This document shows, piece after piece, positions 26,601 to 39,006 of a stretch of DNA of 64,000 nucleotides. This stretch comes from Camelus ferus. Lineage: Eukaryota. The stretch is from positions 108,440,001-108,504,000 of the forward strand of contig NC_045697.1 in the NCBI RefSeq assembly GCF_009834535.1, given 5' to 3'. Below the pieces are notes generated by a model that worked only from the letters and a program-made list of their open reading frames with translations, made no database searches and was not told the DNA's origin. A program made the translations under genes and the position numbers. The first letter of the stretch is position 1. The number at the start of each line of letters is the position of its first letter.

Positions 26601-26704
26601 AATCCACACTGAAATGGAGTCCACCAAACACAAATTACATAAAGAAAAGTAATCAAATAAACATGGAAAATGTTAATCTGACTTCTTTTCAGCCTTTAAT
26701 ACTC

Positions 26705-26799
26705 CTTTTTTTTTTTAATAGAGGTACTGGGGATTGAACCCTGGACCTTGACGCATGCGAAGCACACGCTCTACCACTGAGCTGTACCCTCCCCCACCG
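26705..26799 (-). mobile_element. tRNA-Ala-derived SINE (Vic-1-like, camelid)
   Basis: Minus strand reads GGGGAGGGTACAGCTCAGTGGTAGAGCGTGTGCTTCGCATGCGTCAAGGTCCAGGGTTCAATCCCCAGTACCTCTATT plus poly(A). A and B boxes present. TSD gcctttaata(c/t)tc at 26692-26704 and 26800-26812. Confidence 0.88.
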
Positions 26800-26935
26800 G
26801 CCTTTAATATTCTAATGCACACCATAAACCACCAAGAAAGAGGTGGAAAGAGGGAGGATATGTTACGTAGTGTTTCACACACAGCACATCTGGAAAATGC
26901 TAGAGCAAATCTAAGGCAGATCAGTAGCCTATAAG

Positions 26936-27068
26936 TAGAGTGACCATACGTCCCAGTCTGCCCGGCACAGTCTTAGTTTGTACCTGCGGCTCCAGCTCAA
27001 TTATGATCAGCCCTCGTGTTCACTCTCAAGAGGGTCCCAACCTGAATGACAAATTATATGGTCCCCTC
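26936..27068. mobile_element. MER94-like hAT-Blackjack MITE
   Basis: tagagtgaccatacgtcccagtctgcccggcacagtc...cactctcaagagggtcccaacctgaatgacaaattatatggtcccct, with TIR-like ends. Confidence 0.75.
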
Positions 27069-27758
27069 CAGTGACCTAGACTGAGGATTCCATGTTTCTC
27101 CATGTTGAACTGTGAAACACCAACTAGATCCTCTCTTGGAGGGTTGTGAATCTGAGACCTAGGAAAAGAGAGACGTTAAGAAGAAATCAAAACAGAGGCA
27201 GAAGCAGTAGTGGTGTAGACAGAGGGAGGCTGAATCCCGAGTCTGGTGGGTCACCCGAGTAGCAGCAGCATGGATATGCTTTCCTAAGATTGACAGGAGC
27301 TGGAGGGTATGCATGCGGGTGAAGGGGACCCAACACTTCACACACCCTGGCTCCCCTAACAGCTGGGCTGCTGGGCTGCCCTCCCCGGTGGCTTACTCCC
27401 CCAGATGCTTACACAGCCCTTATCTCCAGAGCTCACCTGAGCACCTCTGCACAGCCCTTTATCAGCATGGGTCTCAATTCTGGCTGCACATCAGAATCAA
27501 CCATGGAGCTTTTAGGATGTACAGCCAGTCTCAACACCTCTACCCACTGACCCAGGTTTTTCATTTACAAGAAAAAATTCTTCAAAAGTATTTTGAAATC
27601 AGGCTTCAAAAATCTGATTTGCTCTAGATGATGAGATAACAGCATGTTTTAAATATATTCTCTTTTGTTGTTTGTCATATTTTCCAAAACTTTTGCAATA
27701 AACAGGTATTTCTTTTATAGCAAGAAAGTAATAGTTATTTTAAAAAAAGAAGGAAGTA

Positions 27759-28250
27759 AGAATGAAATAATGCCATCTGTCGCAACACGGATGGACCTAG
27801 AGATTATCATAGTGAAGGAAGTCAGACAGAGAAAGACAAAAGTCATATGGTATCACTTATATGCGGAATTTAAAAAGTAATACAAATGACCTTAGTTACA
27901 AAACAGAAATAAACTTGCAGACATAGAAAACAAATTTACAGTTACCAAAGGGGAAATGGGGGAAGGGATAAATTAGGAGTTTCGGATTAACAGATACATA
28001 CTACTACATAGAAAATAAACAACAAGGACCTACTATATGGCCCAGGGAACTATACTCAGTATCTTGTAATAACCTATAATGAGAAAGAATCTGAGAAAGA
28101 ATATATGTGTGTGTATGTGTGTATATATATGTACATATATATATATACACACACACACATATATATATAAAAAAACTGAATCACTATGCTGTACACCTGA
28201 AATTAACACAACACTATAAATCAACTATACTTCAATATTTTAAAAAACCC
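27759..28250 (+). mobile_element. 5'-truncated L1 (same family as 23269), ORF2 tail plus 3'UTR
   Basis: aatgaaataatgccat...atggacctagagattatcata...aacaaggacctactata...tacacctgaaattaacacaacactataaatcaactatacttcaat. aaggaagta is repeated at 27750-27758 and 28251-28259. Confidence 0.88.
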
Positions 28251-28259
28251 AAGGAAGTA

Positions 28260-29735
28260 GAAATAAACCTTCACATTTATAGTCAGTTGATCATCAACAC
28301 TGGCAAGATAATTCAATAGGAAAAAGAATAGTCCTTTTAATAAATTCTGCTGGGGGCAACTTGATAGCCACACGCAAAAGAATGAAGTTGTATTCCTAAC
28401 TCACACCATACATAAAAATGTATTTAACTTAAAATAGATCATAGACCTAAACGTAAGAACCAAAACTATAAAATGCTGAGTAGAACACATAAGCATAACT
28501 TCATGACCTTGGGTTAAGCAATGATTTCTTAGATAACACATAGACAGCAAAAGAGACTGAATAAATAAATAAGTAAATTGAACCTCATCAAAATTAAAAC
28601 TTCTGTGCTTGAAAGGACACCATTAAAATAGTAAAAAGACAACCCATGGAATTGGAGAAAATATTTGCAAATTGTGTATCTGATAAAGGATTTATATCCA
28701 GCATATATAAAGAACTCTTATCATTCGTCAATAAAAAAACAATAATACAATCTTTAAATGTGCAAAGGATTTGAGTAGACATCTTTATAAAGAAGATGAA
28801 CATGAAAAAGTGCTCAACATCTACTATGATGGATATGCTCATCAGCTTGATTGTGGCTATTATTTCACAATGTACACATACACCAAAACATCAAGTTGTA
28901 CATGTTACAAACGTAAAAATTTTATTTATCAATTATACCACAATAAAGCTGGAAAAAAAGAGGAAAGGTATTCAACATCAACAGTTATTAAGGAAATGCA
29001 AATCAGAATCACAATATGATTCATACTCACTAGGATGGCTAAAATAAAAAAGACAGACAATACAAGTGTGGGTGAGGAGACACTTGATCCCTGATACGTT
29101 CCTGGTGGGCTGATAAAATAAGGCAAGCACTTTGGAAAACAGTTTGGCAGTTTCGCAAAAAGTTAAACTTAGAGTTACCATATGGACGAGTAATTCCATA
29201 CTTAGGTATATACCCAAGAGAAAAGAAAACATATGTTTATATGTAACTCGCACACAAATGCTCATAGTAACATTATTCACAATAGCCCAACATCCCAAAC
29301 ATCCAACAGCTGATGAATGGATACACAGAATGTGGTCTATCCATACAATGGCTATTATTCAGCCATAAAGGAACGGAGTGCTGATACCTACATATGACAA
29401 CATGCATGGACTTTGAAAACTTTATGCTAGGTAAAAGAAGCCAGTCAAGGAAGATCATATATTGTATGAGTCCGTGTTTATGAAATGTTCGGGACAGTCA
29501 AATCCATGGAGACAGAAAGTGGCTTAGTAGTTGCCAAGGGGTGAGGGCTGGAGGGAGTGACTGCTAATGGGTATGGGATTTCTTTTCGGAGTGAGAAAAT
29601 GTTTTAAAATTAGACAGTGGTGATGGTTGTGTAACTCTGTGAATGCATTAAGAACAACTGAATTGTACATTTTAAAAGGATGAACTTCTTCGTGTATGAA
29701 TTATATGGTGATAAAAAACAAATCAACAATAAAGA
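28260..29735 (+). mobile_element. Older L1 (L1MB-like) degraded ORF2 3' region and 3'UTR
   Basis: Typical L1 motifs: ctcacaccatacataaaa, atttgcaaattgtgtatctgataaagga, gaaatgcaaatcagaatcacaat, ggaaaacagtttggcagtttc, agacagtggtgatggttg. Frames are broken. Confidence 0.85.
28822..28962 (+). mobile_element. Short L1 3' end (L1MA9/L1MB-like) nested inside the older L1
   Basis: gatggatatgct...tatttcacaatgtacacatacaccaaaacatcaagttgtaca...caataaagctggaaaaaaa, flanked by a diverged duplication ending tcaacatc (28805-28821 and 28963-28979). Confidence 0.65.
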
Positions 29736-29984
29736 AATCAGTGGTAAAAGAATGTAGGAGTGAACAGAGGGCATTTCCAGAGATGCTGAGGTTGCAAGTG
29801 TAGGAGGGGCTGGGAATAGATAAAATTGAGTGGAGGTGAGAAGATGGGGGTCCCATCCTGCTTCAGTTGGTCCACTGGTCCACTGGTCTGAATCCCTTTA
29901 ACTGTCCTAGTGCTTTGGGACATTTTTTAAAATCAAAATATAATTAAGGGACCAATTATATCTTACTAATTCATCTGCCCCTAT

Positions 29985-30900
29985 TTTTAAAAATAAACTA
30001 TTTTTTAGAACAGTTTTTGATTTATAGAATAATTGTGAAGATAGTAGAGTTCCCATCTACCCTGCACATCTTAATCACGTCTTAAATCAGTATGGTATAT
30101 TTGTCACAGTTAATGAACCCATATGGATACAGTCTTACTAACTCAAGTCTGTCCTTGGTGCAGGTTTCCCTATCTACTTCCCTTTCCAGGAGCCCACAGT
30201 TCATTTAGTCATCGAGTCTCTTAGGCTAAGTTTCTTCGACTTTCCTTGCTTTTGGTGACCTGGACAGTTTTGAAGAGTACTGGTCAGGGGTCTTGTAGAA
30301 TGTCCCTCTACAGGGATTCGTGCAATGTTTTTCTCATGTTTAGGCTGTGGTTATAGGATTTTGGAGGAAGATCACAGAGGGAAAGTGCCATTTTTTAACC
30401 GTTTATCAAGGGCATACATTATCCACATGACTTACAGTGATAGGTCTGCGTCACTACCAGGCTGCGGCACTGTGTGTGTCAAGGTTTCTCCTTTTGGAAA
30501 TTACTCCATTCCCCCTTTCTGGGCCGCACTCTTTGGAAGGAAGTCACTCTGTGCAGCTCACACTAAGGAGGGGGGGTTATGCTCCACTTCCTGGAGGACA
30601 GAGTCTACATAAGCACATGAATTATCTCGAATTCTTCCACACAGAAGATTTGCCTTTCCTCGCCCATTTATTTATTTATAGATCATTTTTAAAATATCGA
30701 TATGGACTTATAGACACTCATTTTAAACTTTCAATTATATACTTTCAGTTACAATGCTACTTTTTTTGTGTGTGTGTGTCTCAAATTTTTCCAATTTCGG
30801 CCACAGGCAGCTCTTTCGGTTGGCCTGTTCCCATAATTAATAGTGTTGTGTTGTGTTTTGTTTGTCTGAGCCCTTCCATACTTTCTGGCAGTACAAGATG
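29985..30900 (-). mobile_element. L1MC/MD-like 3'UTR fragment
   Basis: ttttttagaacagtttttgatttatagaa...agtatggtatatttgtcacagttaatgaacc...tggtcaggggtcttgtagaatgtccctc...ggaaggaagtcactctgtgcagctcacact. Confidence 0.7.
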
Positions 30901-32659
30901 AGACACTGTTTTTTTATTACAAAAAAAATCTCAATCAAACAGAAAAAAGAAGAGAACAGTATAAAAAAAACTTCACACATTTATCTTTTAGATTTAACAA
31001 CTGTTAACATTTGTGACATATCTACCTTACCTGTTTTGTTTTTATTTTTATATCTAACAGATTAGGATTTTAAAAACATAACCAAAATATCACGATCGCA
31101 CCCAACAAAGTGAATACTAATCCCTAAATATCCCCTCTTACGAGTCAGTGTTTATTTTTCTCTATTTAAAAAAAAAAGAAAAACAATTTTTACAGTTGGT
31201 TCAAATCAGGTTTACACTGGATTTGGCTAATTGTATCTTCATGTATTTAAGATGACCATCTATCTTCAATGTTTCTTAAAAACTAGAGTTAGATTTAGGA
31301 GCTGGATTATATTTTCCCCTAAAGGCACTAATAAGGACTTCTTCACCCTGAATCAGATTTTTAACTTTGATGGAACTGATCTCCAGTGGAAGTGAGCACC
31401 CTGCAGGACCCGCAGTTAGAGGACGGAATGGAGAGCCCTGGGGGTGGGCTTGAAGGCTGAGAGGCATTCACAGCCAGTGATGCTGAGAGCAAACGCCAGG
31501 AGACACACACCCAGGCTCGTGTTTTATTAGGGCTGTGATTGTTTTTGCTAGTGCTCTGGGTACCAACTTCCAAAGATTTTTATGGACTGCCCCAACTCTA
31601 TTTTTCCCATATGACCTATTATTTTTTAGTGTGCCATTTTGTGAAGCTCAGGGTTTTTAGCAATGTATATATGAGGACCGAGCAGAAATGCTGGTACATC
31701 CTTACTGAAAAAAATAATAGGAATCAGATCAGTCCTGGAAATCTCTGAATGTCTGGCGTCTGTATGTCCAAGGCACATCCTATCTCTGCTCAACCACTGC
31801 TGCAGGACTGATTTCTTTTACAAAATATTATGGACCAGCTGCCTGACTGATGCCCAGGACAGCAAACGGAGCATCCTCATCAGCCACACTGTGCGGCCTT
31901 TCAGAAATATTAATTGAGGAATCTGGGTGTTGACAGACCAGCCCGGGAAACAGCTCGTTTGTGCTGGGTACCGCTGTTCCCACGCCAACCGGCAGATCTA
32001 TTACTGCTTTGGGAATTTTTTTAAATGATTCATTTATAGAACTGGGAGAAAGGACTTTTAGTCTCATCTCTTTCTATTTCATTCCCCTGCCCCCACCCCC
32101 ATCAGTGTTTCAACAAGTGATTCTTGGTTCAAATGTCTTAAAAGCCACTGAGAAAATTAATTTTTTTTCCAGTATTTTACTGCAATCTATTTTTTTTAAT
32201 TGAAGTACAGTCGGTTTACAATGTTGTGTTAATTTCTGGTGTACAGCACAGTGGTTCAGTTATACACACATATATTTCTTTTCATATTCTTTTCATTATT
32301 GGCTACTACAAGGTATTGAATATACTTCCCTGTGCTATACAGTAGGACCTTGTGGTTTATCTATTATATATATATATATAATATATATGTAGTAGTTAGT
32401 ATCTGCAACTCCCAAACTCCCAATTTATCCCTCCACCCTCCCCTTCCCCTGGTAACCATAAGTTTGTTTCCTACATCTGTGAGTCTGTTTCTGTTTTGTA
32501 AATAAGTTCATTTGTGTCATTTTTTTAGATTTCCACATACAAGTGATAACATATGGTATGATATGATATCTTTCTCTTTCTGGCTTTGTTTAGTACGACA
32601 ATCTCCAGATCCATTCATGTTACTGCAAATGGCATTTTTTATATAGCTGAGTAGTATTC

Positions 32660-32661
<2 letters not shown>

Positions 32662-32695
<34 letters not shown>
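32662..32695. repeat. (GT)17 microsatellite within L1
   Basis: Perfect GT run. Confidence 0.95.
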
Positions 32696-32703
<8 letters not shown>

Positions 32704-33767
32704 CCACATCTTCTTTATCTAGTCATCTGTCAATGGACACTTAGGTTGTTTCCATGTCTTAGCTATTGTAAATAGTGCTGCTGTGAATATTTGGGTGCAT
32801 GTATCTTTTTGAATTAGCATTTCCTCCAGATATATGCCCAGGAGTGGAATTATTGGATCATATGGTAAGTCTATTTTCAGTTTTTAAAGGAATCTCCATG
32901 CTGTTTTCCATAGTGGCAGCACCAAACTACATTCCCACCAACAGCATAAGAGGGTTCCTTTTCTCCACACCCTCTCCAGCATTTATCGTTTGTGGATTTT
33001 TGAATAATGGCCATTCTGACTGGTGTGAGGGGATATCTCATTGTAGTTTTGATTTGCATTTCTCTGATAATTAGCAATACTGAGCATTTTTCATGTACCT
33101 ATTGGCCATTTGTATGCCTTCACTGGAGAAGCGTTTGTTTAGGTCTTCTGTCCATTTTTCAATTGGGTTGTTTGTTTTTTTTGTTATTGAGTTGTATGAG
33201 CTGTTTGTATATTCTGGAAATTAAACCCTTGTCAGTCACATCATTTGCAAATATTTTCTCCCATTCCATAGGTTGTCTTTTTGTTTTGTTTATAGCTTCC
33301 CTTGCTGTGCAAAAATTTTTAAGTTTAATTAGGTCCCATTTGTTTTTACCTTTATTTATATTGCCTTGGTAGACTGCCCTAGGAGAACACTGCTAAGGTT
33401 TATATCAAGAAATATTTTGCCTGTGTTTTCTTCTAGGAGGTTTACAGTGTCTTGTATTATGTTTAAGACTTAAAGCGATTTTGAGTTTATTTTTGTGTGT
33501 GGTGTGAGGGGGTGCTCTAGCTTCACTGATTTACATGCAGCTGTTCAGCTTTTCCAACACCTGTTTGCTGAAGAAACTGTCTTTTCTCTATTGTATATTC
33601 TTACCTCTGTCTCTCAGATTAATTGACCATAGGTGTGTGGGTTTATTTCTGGGCTCTCCATTCTGCTCCATTGAGCCATAAGTGTCTGATTTTGTGCCAA
33701 CACCATGCTGTTTGGATTACTGTAGCTCTGTAGTATTGTCTGAAGTCTGCAAGGGTTATGCCTCCAG

Positions 33768-33816
33768 CTTCTTCTTCTTCTTCTTCTTCTTCTTCTTCTT
33801 TTTTTTTTTTTTTTTT
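33768..33816. repeat. (CTT)11 plus poly(T) within L1 ORF2
   Basis: Perfect CTT run followed by a T run. Confidence 0.95.
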
Positions 33817-36800
33817 GAAACTGCTTTGGGAATTCTGGGTCTTCTGTGATTCCATATAAATTTTAGGATTATTTGTTCTAGTTGTGAAAAATGTCCTGAG
33901 TAATTTGATAGAGGTCACATTAAAATCTATAGATTGCTTTGGGTAGTAGAGACTTTTTAGCAACATTAATTCTTCCAATCCAAGAGTAAGGGATATCTTT
34001 CCTCTTTAAATCATCTTTAATTTCCTTAATCAATGTTCTATAGTTCTCCATATGTAAGTCTTTCACCTCCTTGGTAAGGTTTATTCCTCTGTATTTTATA
34101 GAAAATTAAGTTGAAAATACACAATTTATAAAACAAACAAAAAACACTAAACACATGGTGCTTTTAGGAAGAGGGACATCACCATCAAAGGGAAAGCAAA
34201 CCACCTTAGACTGACAGAGCTCCGGGAAAAAACTGCTTCCTGTGACCTGGCCCTGGCATCACACCCCCATCTCCTCTCTGTTCCGAAGGCCAGTGTGGCA
34301 CCTCCTCCTCACCTCCCCGAGCCCTGCCATCCCCAGCGGCCTCCAGGGAGTCATGGAAACAGAGACTGGGTATCAGGACTGCTTCCTACTACTTGGGGAG
34401 AGTCTCCCCAGGGAGTGGCCTCCTGACCCCAAGCAGGGACAGTTTGGGGGAAGGGTCTCCAGCTCCAGCTGGGGTTCAGTTGCCAGGCCAGTGGCTGCCC
34501 TACTGCCCCATGTTCCATGATGGAGGCGTTTCTGGAGTGGTCTGTGCCATGTCCCTCCAGGTGCCGTCCTGGCCATGGTCCCCACACTCAAGGCTCTGGG
34601 AAGTTTCCAACGTTCTTGACTCAAGCAAGATGGGGAGCAGAAGCCTCGCTCCTCATCCCCCAGAACCTGGGACCATGAAGTTCCTTCCATTCCCAGCACC
34701 CTGCTCTCTCTTGGGATCCTTCGTTCTTTGCATTCCTCCCCTCCTTTCCTGAACCTTCACTTCCTCCATTTTCCAATTCTATGCCCTCCCTCAAAAATCA
34801 CATCTCAAGTTTCATCTTATGTCTGACACCTTTCCCAGCTTTCAGAACTTTCTAGAACTGGGAGGGGGTGGGGGTGGGGTAGCTTTAGTTTCCTAACTGG
34901 AGGCTAATCTCTGATCCCTACCACCCTCTGTTTGTGTAACTTTAGGCAAAGGGCAGGTGTGCACTTAGCTTCTGTTTGCTCATTGATAAAACAGAGATAA
35001 AACTCACCCATTTCTAGGACTCACTGTAAAAAGAGCTCTCTGAGAGGTGGCTGTGATGGCTGTCATGATTTTAGTTTCCAAAGCAGTGTTCCCGTTCCCA
35101 GCCCATTCAGTCCCAGCAGCATCTTTCCTGCAAAGTCAGACCTCGAGGCTACAGGTGGGGGTGGGGGGGTGGGGCAGCAGCCTGGATGCGAGGCCCCCGC
35201 AGGGCCCCCAACTTCCCAAAAGCTCAGGTTCCGGTCTGAGCCCTTCCGGGCAGCGGTGTGCTGCTGCTTCTCTTTCAAGGACTTATCTGATTGTTGCCTC
35301 CATAGTTTCCCTCTCCATCCAGTCGCTCCGCAGACCCAGGGAGTAGGGGTCCCAGTCCATGGCCTGCCCCCCTGGCCTTGCTGGTCTCCCGCTGCCTTCC
35401 AGATCCAGGGGGAGCGCCCTTCCCGAGCCCTGTCAACTCCCAACGCCGGGGTGGGGGTGGGGGGTTGGTGTGCAGAGGGGACAAGTGGCAGTTCTACAAA
35501 CTCAGGGGACTCCAGGATTTCTAGTTCAGCTGCCTGAGAATAAAGTTTTCCTTCCCTCCTTACACAGCTCCTCTTGGAGCCGCAGGGTAGCTGCTCCAGT
35601 ATGTCTGATGGGATTTCTCTTCCTCTGGAAGCTCAATTCCTTTGTCTGCTTCCCTCCAGTTGTGCCTGGCCCCCCAGGCCTGCTCGGGCAGCCCCCAGGG
35701 TGTGTCAGGAGTCCTTGAGAACCGTGCTGCTTCCGGGCAGCCCGATTCGGGGAACAGGGAGCACTGTGTTTTCTCCAAATCAGTTCTGCTGAAGGATGGC
35801 GCGCCCTCTCATCCCCAGACTCCCAGGAAGCTTCTGCAGTGTGCCTGCCGCCACAATTCAGCATCCACTTGGTTAAAATAGCTTTTTTACTTACTGACTG
35901 GTAAAATCCTCTATTTGTCAACCCATTCCGGGTTCCTCTAAAGATAAAATGGAGGGAAAAACCCAAAAGGAGAATTAAGGATTGAATGCAGTCTTGCCAA
36001 CTTTTGCTTCATTTCATTGTAAATTGAGTGCGATAAAACAGTGTCGGCAGCCTGCACGAAGCAGCTGTATAATCTTCTTTTGTGCAAGGAACTCAATTCC
36101 GGAGCAGGGGATTCGCACCTAAGAGAAGTCTAACGATGGTGGATGGCTTCCCTACACTAATTACATCTTCCTTTATATCTTTGGCTTGAACTCTAATTTG
36201 CTTACAGTTTAATGAACATCAGTTCCTGCAGCGAGATATCTAAGTCCCAGGGAGACTGAATACTTGGGCAGTCAAATGCTCTCACTGCTGGCACTAATCT
36301 TCAAACCCTCTGCCTTCTCAACAGACTTCTGAAGGAGAGGGGCTCTTTAAAGGCTGGCGACTCACTTTTGAGCAGTGACTGTACACTTGAATTACCAGCC
36401 ATGATTGGGCAGGAGATTTGGGTTGTGCTGAAAAATAAATAATAATTTTGACAAAAGGCTCTCCTGGTTTAGGTGCCAACAGGAGTGGTCAGCTTCCATC
36501 ACTGACTGATGCAAAAGCTGCACATTTTATATTTGTTTGTTTCCCCGACTTTGGTTTCCCCAGAAAATGTCTGTTACTTTCTTCAGGGGTTTTCTCTTCA
36601 ACTCTGAGAATTTGGAAAATGAGGAACAGTAGAGGCAGGGCAGGGGCTCCAATCTGACCCTGTGGCTCATTTCCAAGGTCTCACCTTTGTCACACTTCCC
36701 CACTGGGAGGGAGACACTGAGGTTGCGTTGATGGCAGATGACATCACTTTATATAATTACAACTAGCAACGATCATCACTTACTTTACTGATTTTGATTT

Positions 36801-37735
36801 CAATATCTGCGATGAAGGACCGTGCAGGTGAATGACCCAGAGGTCATGCAGATGGTGATTCGGCAGGTCTGGGAGGGGACCCGAGAGTCTGTATCTCTGA
36901 GAAGCTCATTGATCATTCTGCCACTTCTGGTCTGCAGACCCCACTTTGAGTCTCTTTACCACGATGATCTGGTTTCATCTTCATGGCAACCTGTGAGTTA
37001 GAGAGTCCTTCACAGATGAGGCTGTTGAGGTGCAAGATGATTAGGTAACACACCTGAGGTCACCTGGCTTGGATCTGATTGACGCTGGTCTGACGCTGCA
37101 GCCTGAACTCACACTGCTGTACATAGTGCCTCTCTTTTTCAGTAGGTGGGCTCGTGAAAAGAGATGCAATGAATTTGGTGCAGTGACCTTCACCCAGAGA
37201 ATTCTGTAGGGAGCCCTTGTTAAATTAACCAATAAGCCATCTCTCCATCATCCACCCTGTCAATCAGGGTCTGCATCTGTCCAGCCCTGGGCCCTGACCT
37301 GGACCAGCCCAGAGCTCCTGGCAAGGCAGGAGGAATCAGCCAGACATCAGACACCTCTGGTCACATTGCAGTAACACTTTCAGCAGCCCCCCAAAAACCA
37401 ATGTCCTTTCTGATATCTTTGGGTCAGATTGCTCAGAAGTGATTGCAGGCAGAAGAGGTTAACTTTTGCACCTCATCTAAGAATTACAAACAGCACAATA
37501 TACCTTCCTGGGGTTGCGTCTCCATTTTGTTGAAATAACCCATTATCCTCCAAAACCGCACACCAGAGTCGGGGTCCAAAGGGAGAAGCAACAGTGTATG
37601 GTGGGTAAGCGTGGAGGCTCTGGGTTCAAATCCTGACTTAACTAGCTGTTACGGGCTTGGCCAATTTGCATAATCTTTCAGTGCCTCTGTTTTTTCACCT
37701 GCAGAGGAGAGACAATGATCATGATAATACTGACC

Positions 37736-38274
37736 GTCTGGGAGGAAGACATTTCTCTCTAGATTCTTCTGGCGGGTCTAAGAATTAAGTTGACATGAGA
37801 CAGATTAACTGAAGAAAATCACACAAAATTTGAATAACACGTATCGATGGGAGAGGACCAGGAAAACTGAGTGACCCACTAAATGGCCAAAGCCCTCAAT
37901 TGAAATAGCGCCCTCAGCAAAAGACGAAAGAGAAGTTTGAGACTTCAAAGGAGAGGAAGACAATTCACACGGAGATGGAAAAGCAAATGTCTGAGAAATA
38001 AATGTTGTCTGGGCCCCCGGAGAGACAGTGGGACACAGAGTGGACTCTGGCCCCTAGGCTCTGCCCAAGCTCCCCCACCACGCCAGCCTGTATTCTCTGC
38101 AGACATCTCTGGAGATAACTATATTCTGGGAACAGGAGCTCTGTGTTCATTCTTTTGGACAATTAGGGAGAAGGTCAAAGTTTTTCCCTGAGCCTTTTGG
38201 ACATTGGTTATTTTTAGCTTGAAATAATCCACATGCCAGAGACATTTTGGGGTGGCAAGTTTTGTTCCCCTCCA
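37736..38274 (-). mobile_element. ERV1-class solo LTR (MER34/MER39-like start) inserted into a MIR
   Basis: Minus strand starts TGGAGGGGAACAAAACTTGCCACCCCAAAATGTCTCTGGCATGTGGATTATTTCAAGCT. MIR sequence runs 37590-37735 and resumes at 38275-38340. Confidence 0.7.
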
Positions 38275-38602
38275 CTACCTGATGGATTTTTTGTAAAAAT
38301 TACATGAGTTAATTCATGTGAGGTGCCTGCTGTGAGTTAATCCCTCAAAAAATGTATGCTACCATTATCAACAGGGACCTGGAACAGCCTTGCTGAGATT
38401 GTCTCCCAAAAATGTAGGTGATGTTTCTTTTTTCTGTACATACATTTAAGGCCAAGTAGCTAACTTTACTGATTCTTCCCAGTAGGGAGTAATGGGAAGA
38501 GGCCTGCCACCAAAGCAGGGAGAGAGGAAAACAGACAAGTGGATTTCAGTACTTGTATGAATTATGCTTCTGTTTACACACGGAGTCTTGAGGCTAAGAT
38601 CC

Positions 38603-39006
38603 TGTTAAAAAAACAAAATTCAGCTGAGTAAATTTTAAAGATCTTATTGACTTTTGGCTTTATTCAACAATTCATAAATTGGGCAGTACCCCAGCTAGCA
38701 AGTAGAAAGGAGCTCCAAAGAGCTATACAAAATGAAAGACTTTCATAGGCAGATGGAGGCAGGATGAGAAAGTTATTCTAGCAAAGAGTGGATTGTTCCA
38801 GGCAAGGTCCCCTTCCTTTGGGGAATGTCAGGGGTCTAATCAGGTGAGTTACCTCACTAGGGCTGATCAGGAAATTCCAGACTGACTGGTTAAGATGACT
38901 TTGCAGAGAGAGGCTGAAACTGCGATCACATTCAGTATTAAGTCTCAGTTTGGTGTTGTGGGCTTAGCACAAGTGACTCCATTTGGGCCTGTTGTCTCTT
39001 TTCACA
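38603..39006 (-). mobile_element. ERV1-class LTR
   Basis: TG...CA termini. Minus strand starts TGTGAAAAGAGACAACAGGCCCAAATGGAGTCACTTGTGCTAAG. AATAAA at 38659-38664, then a U5-like end GAATTTTGTTTTTTTAACA. Confidence 0.75.

Larger units (their letters stand above)
32161..34099 (-). mobile_element. About 1.9 kb 5'-truncated L1 (cetartiodactyl-type), ORF2 C-terminal region plus 3'UTR
   Basis: ORF fragments such as [41 protein letters not shown] and [26 protein letters not shown] are L1 ORF2p. Exact TSD agaaaattaa at 32151-32160 and 34100-34109. Confidence 0.93.

Noticed and set aside
26720..26795. Apparent tRNA-Ala(CGC) gene
   Set aside because: A poly(A) tail, a TSD, imperfect stems and a second diverged copy at 57932 indicate a SINE rather than a tRNA gene.
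33643..33978. ORF with poly-K/poly-E ([15 protein letters not shown])
   Set aside because: A microsatellite expansion inside a broken L1 ORF2 fragment.
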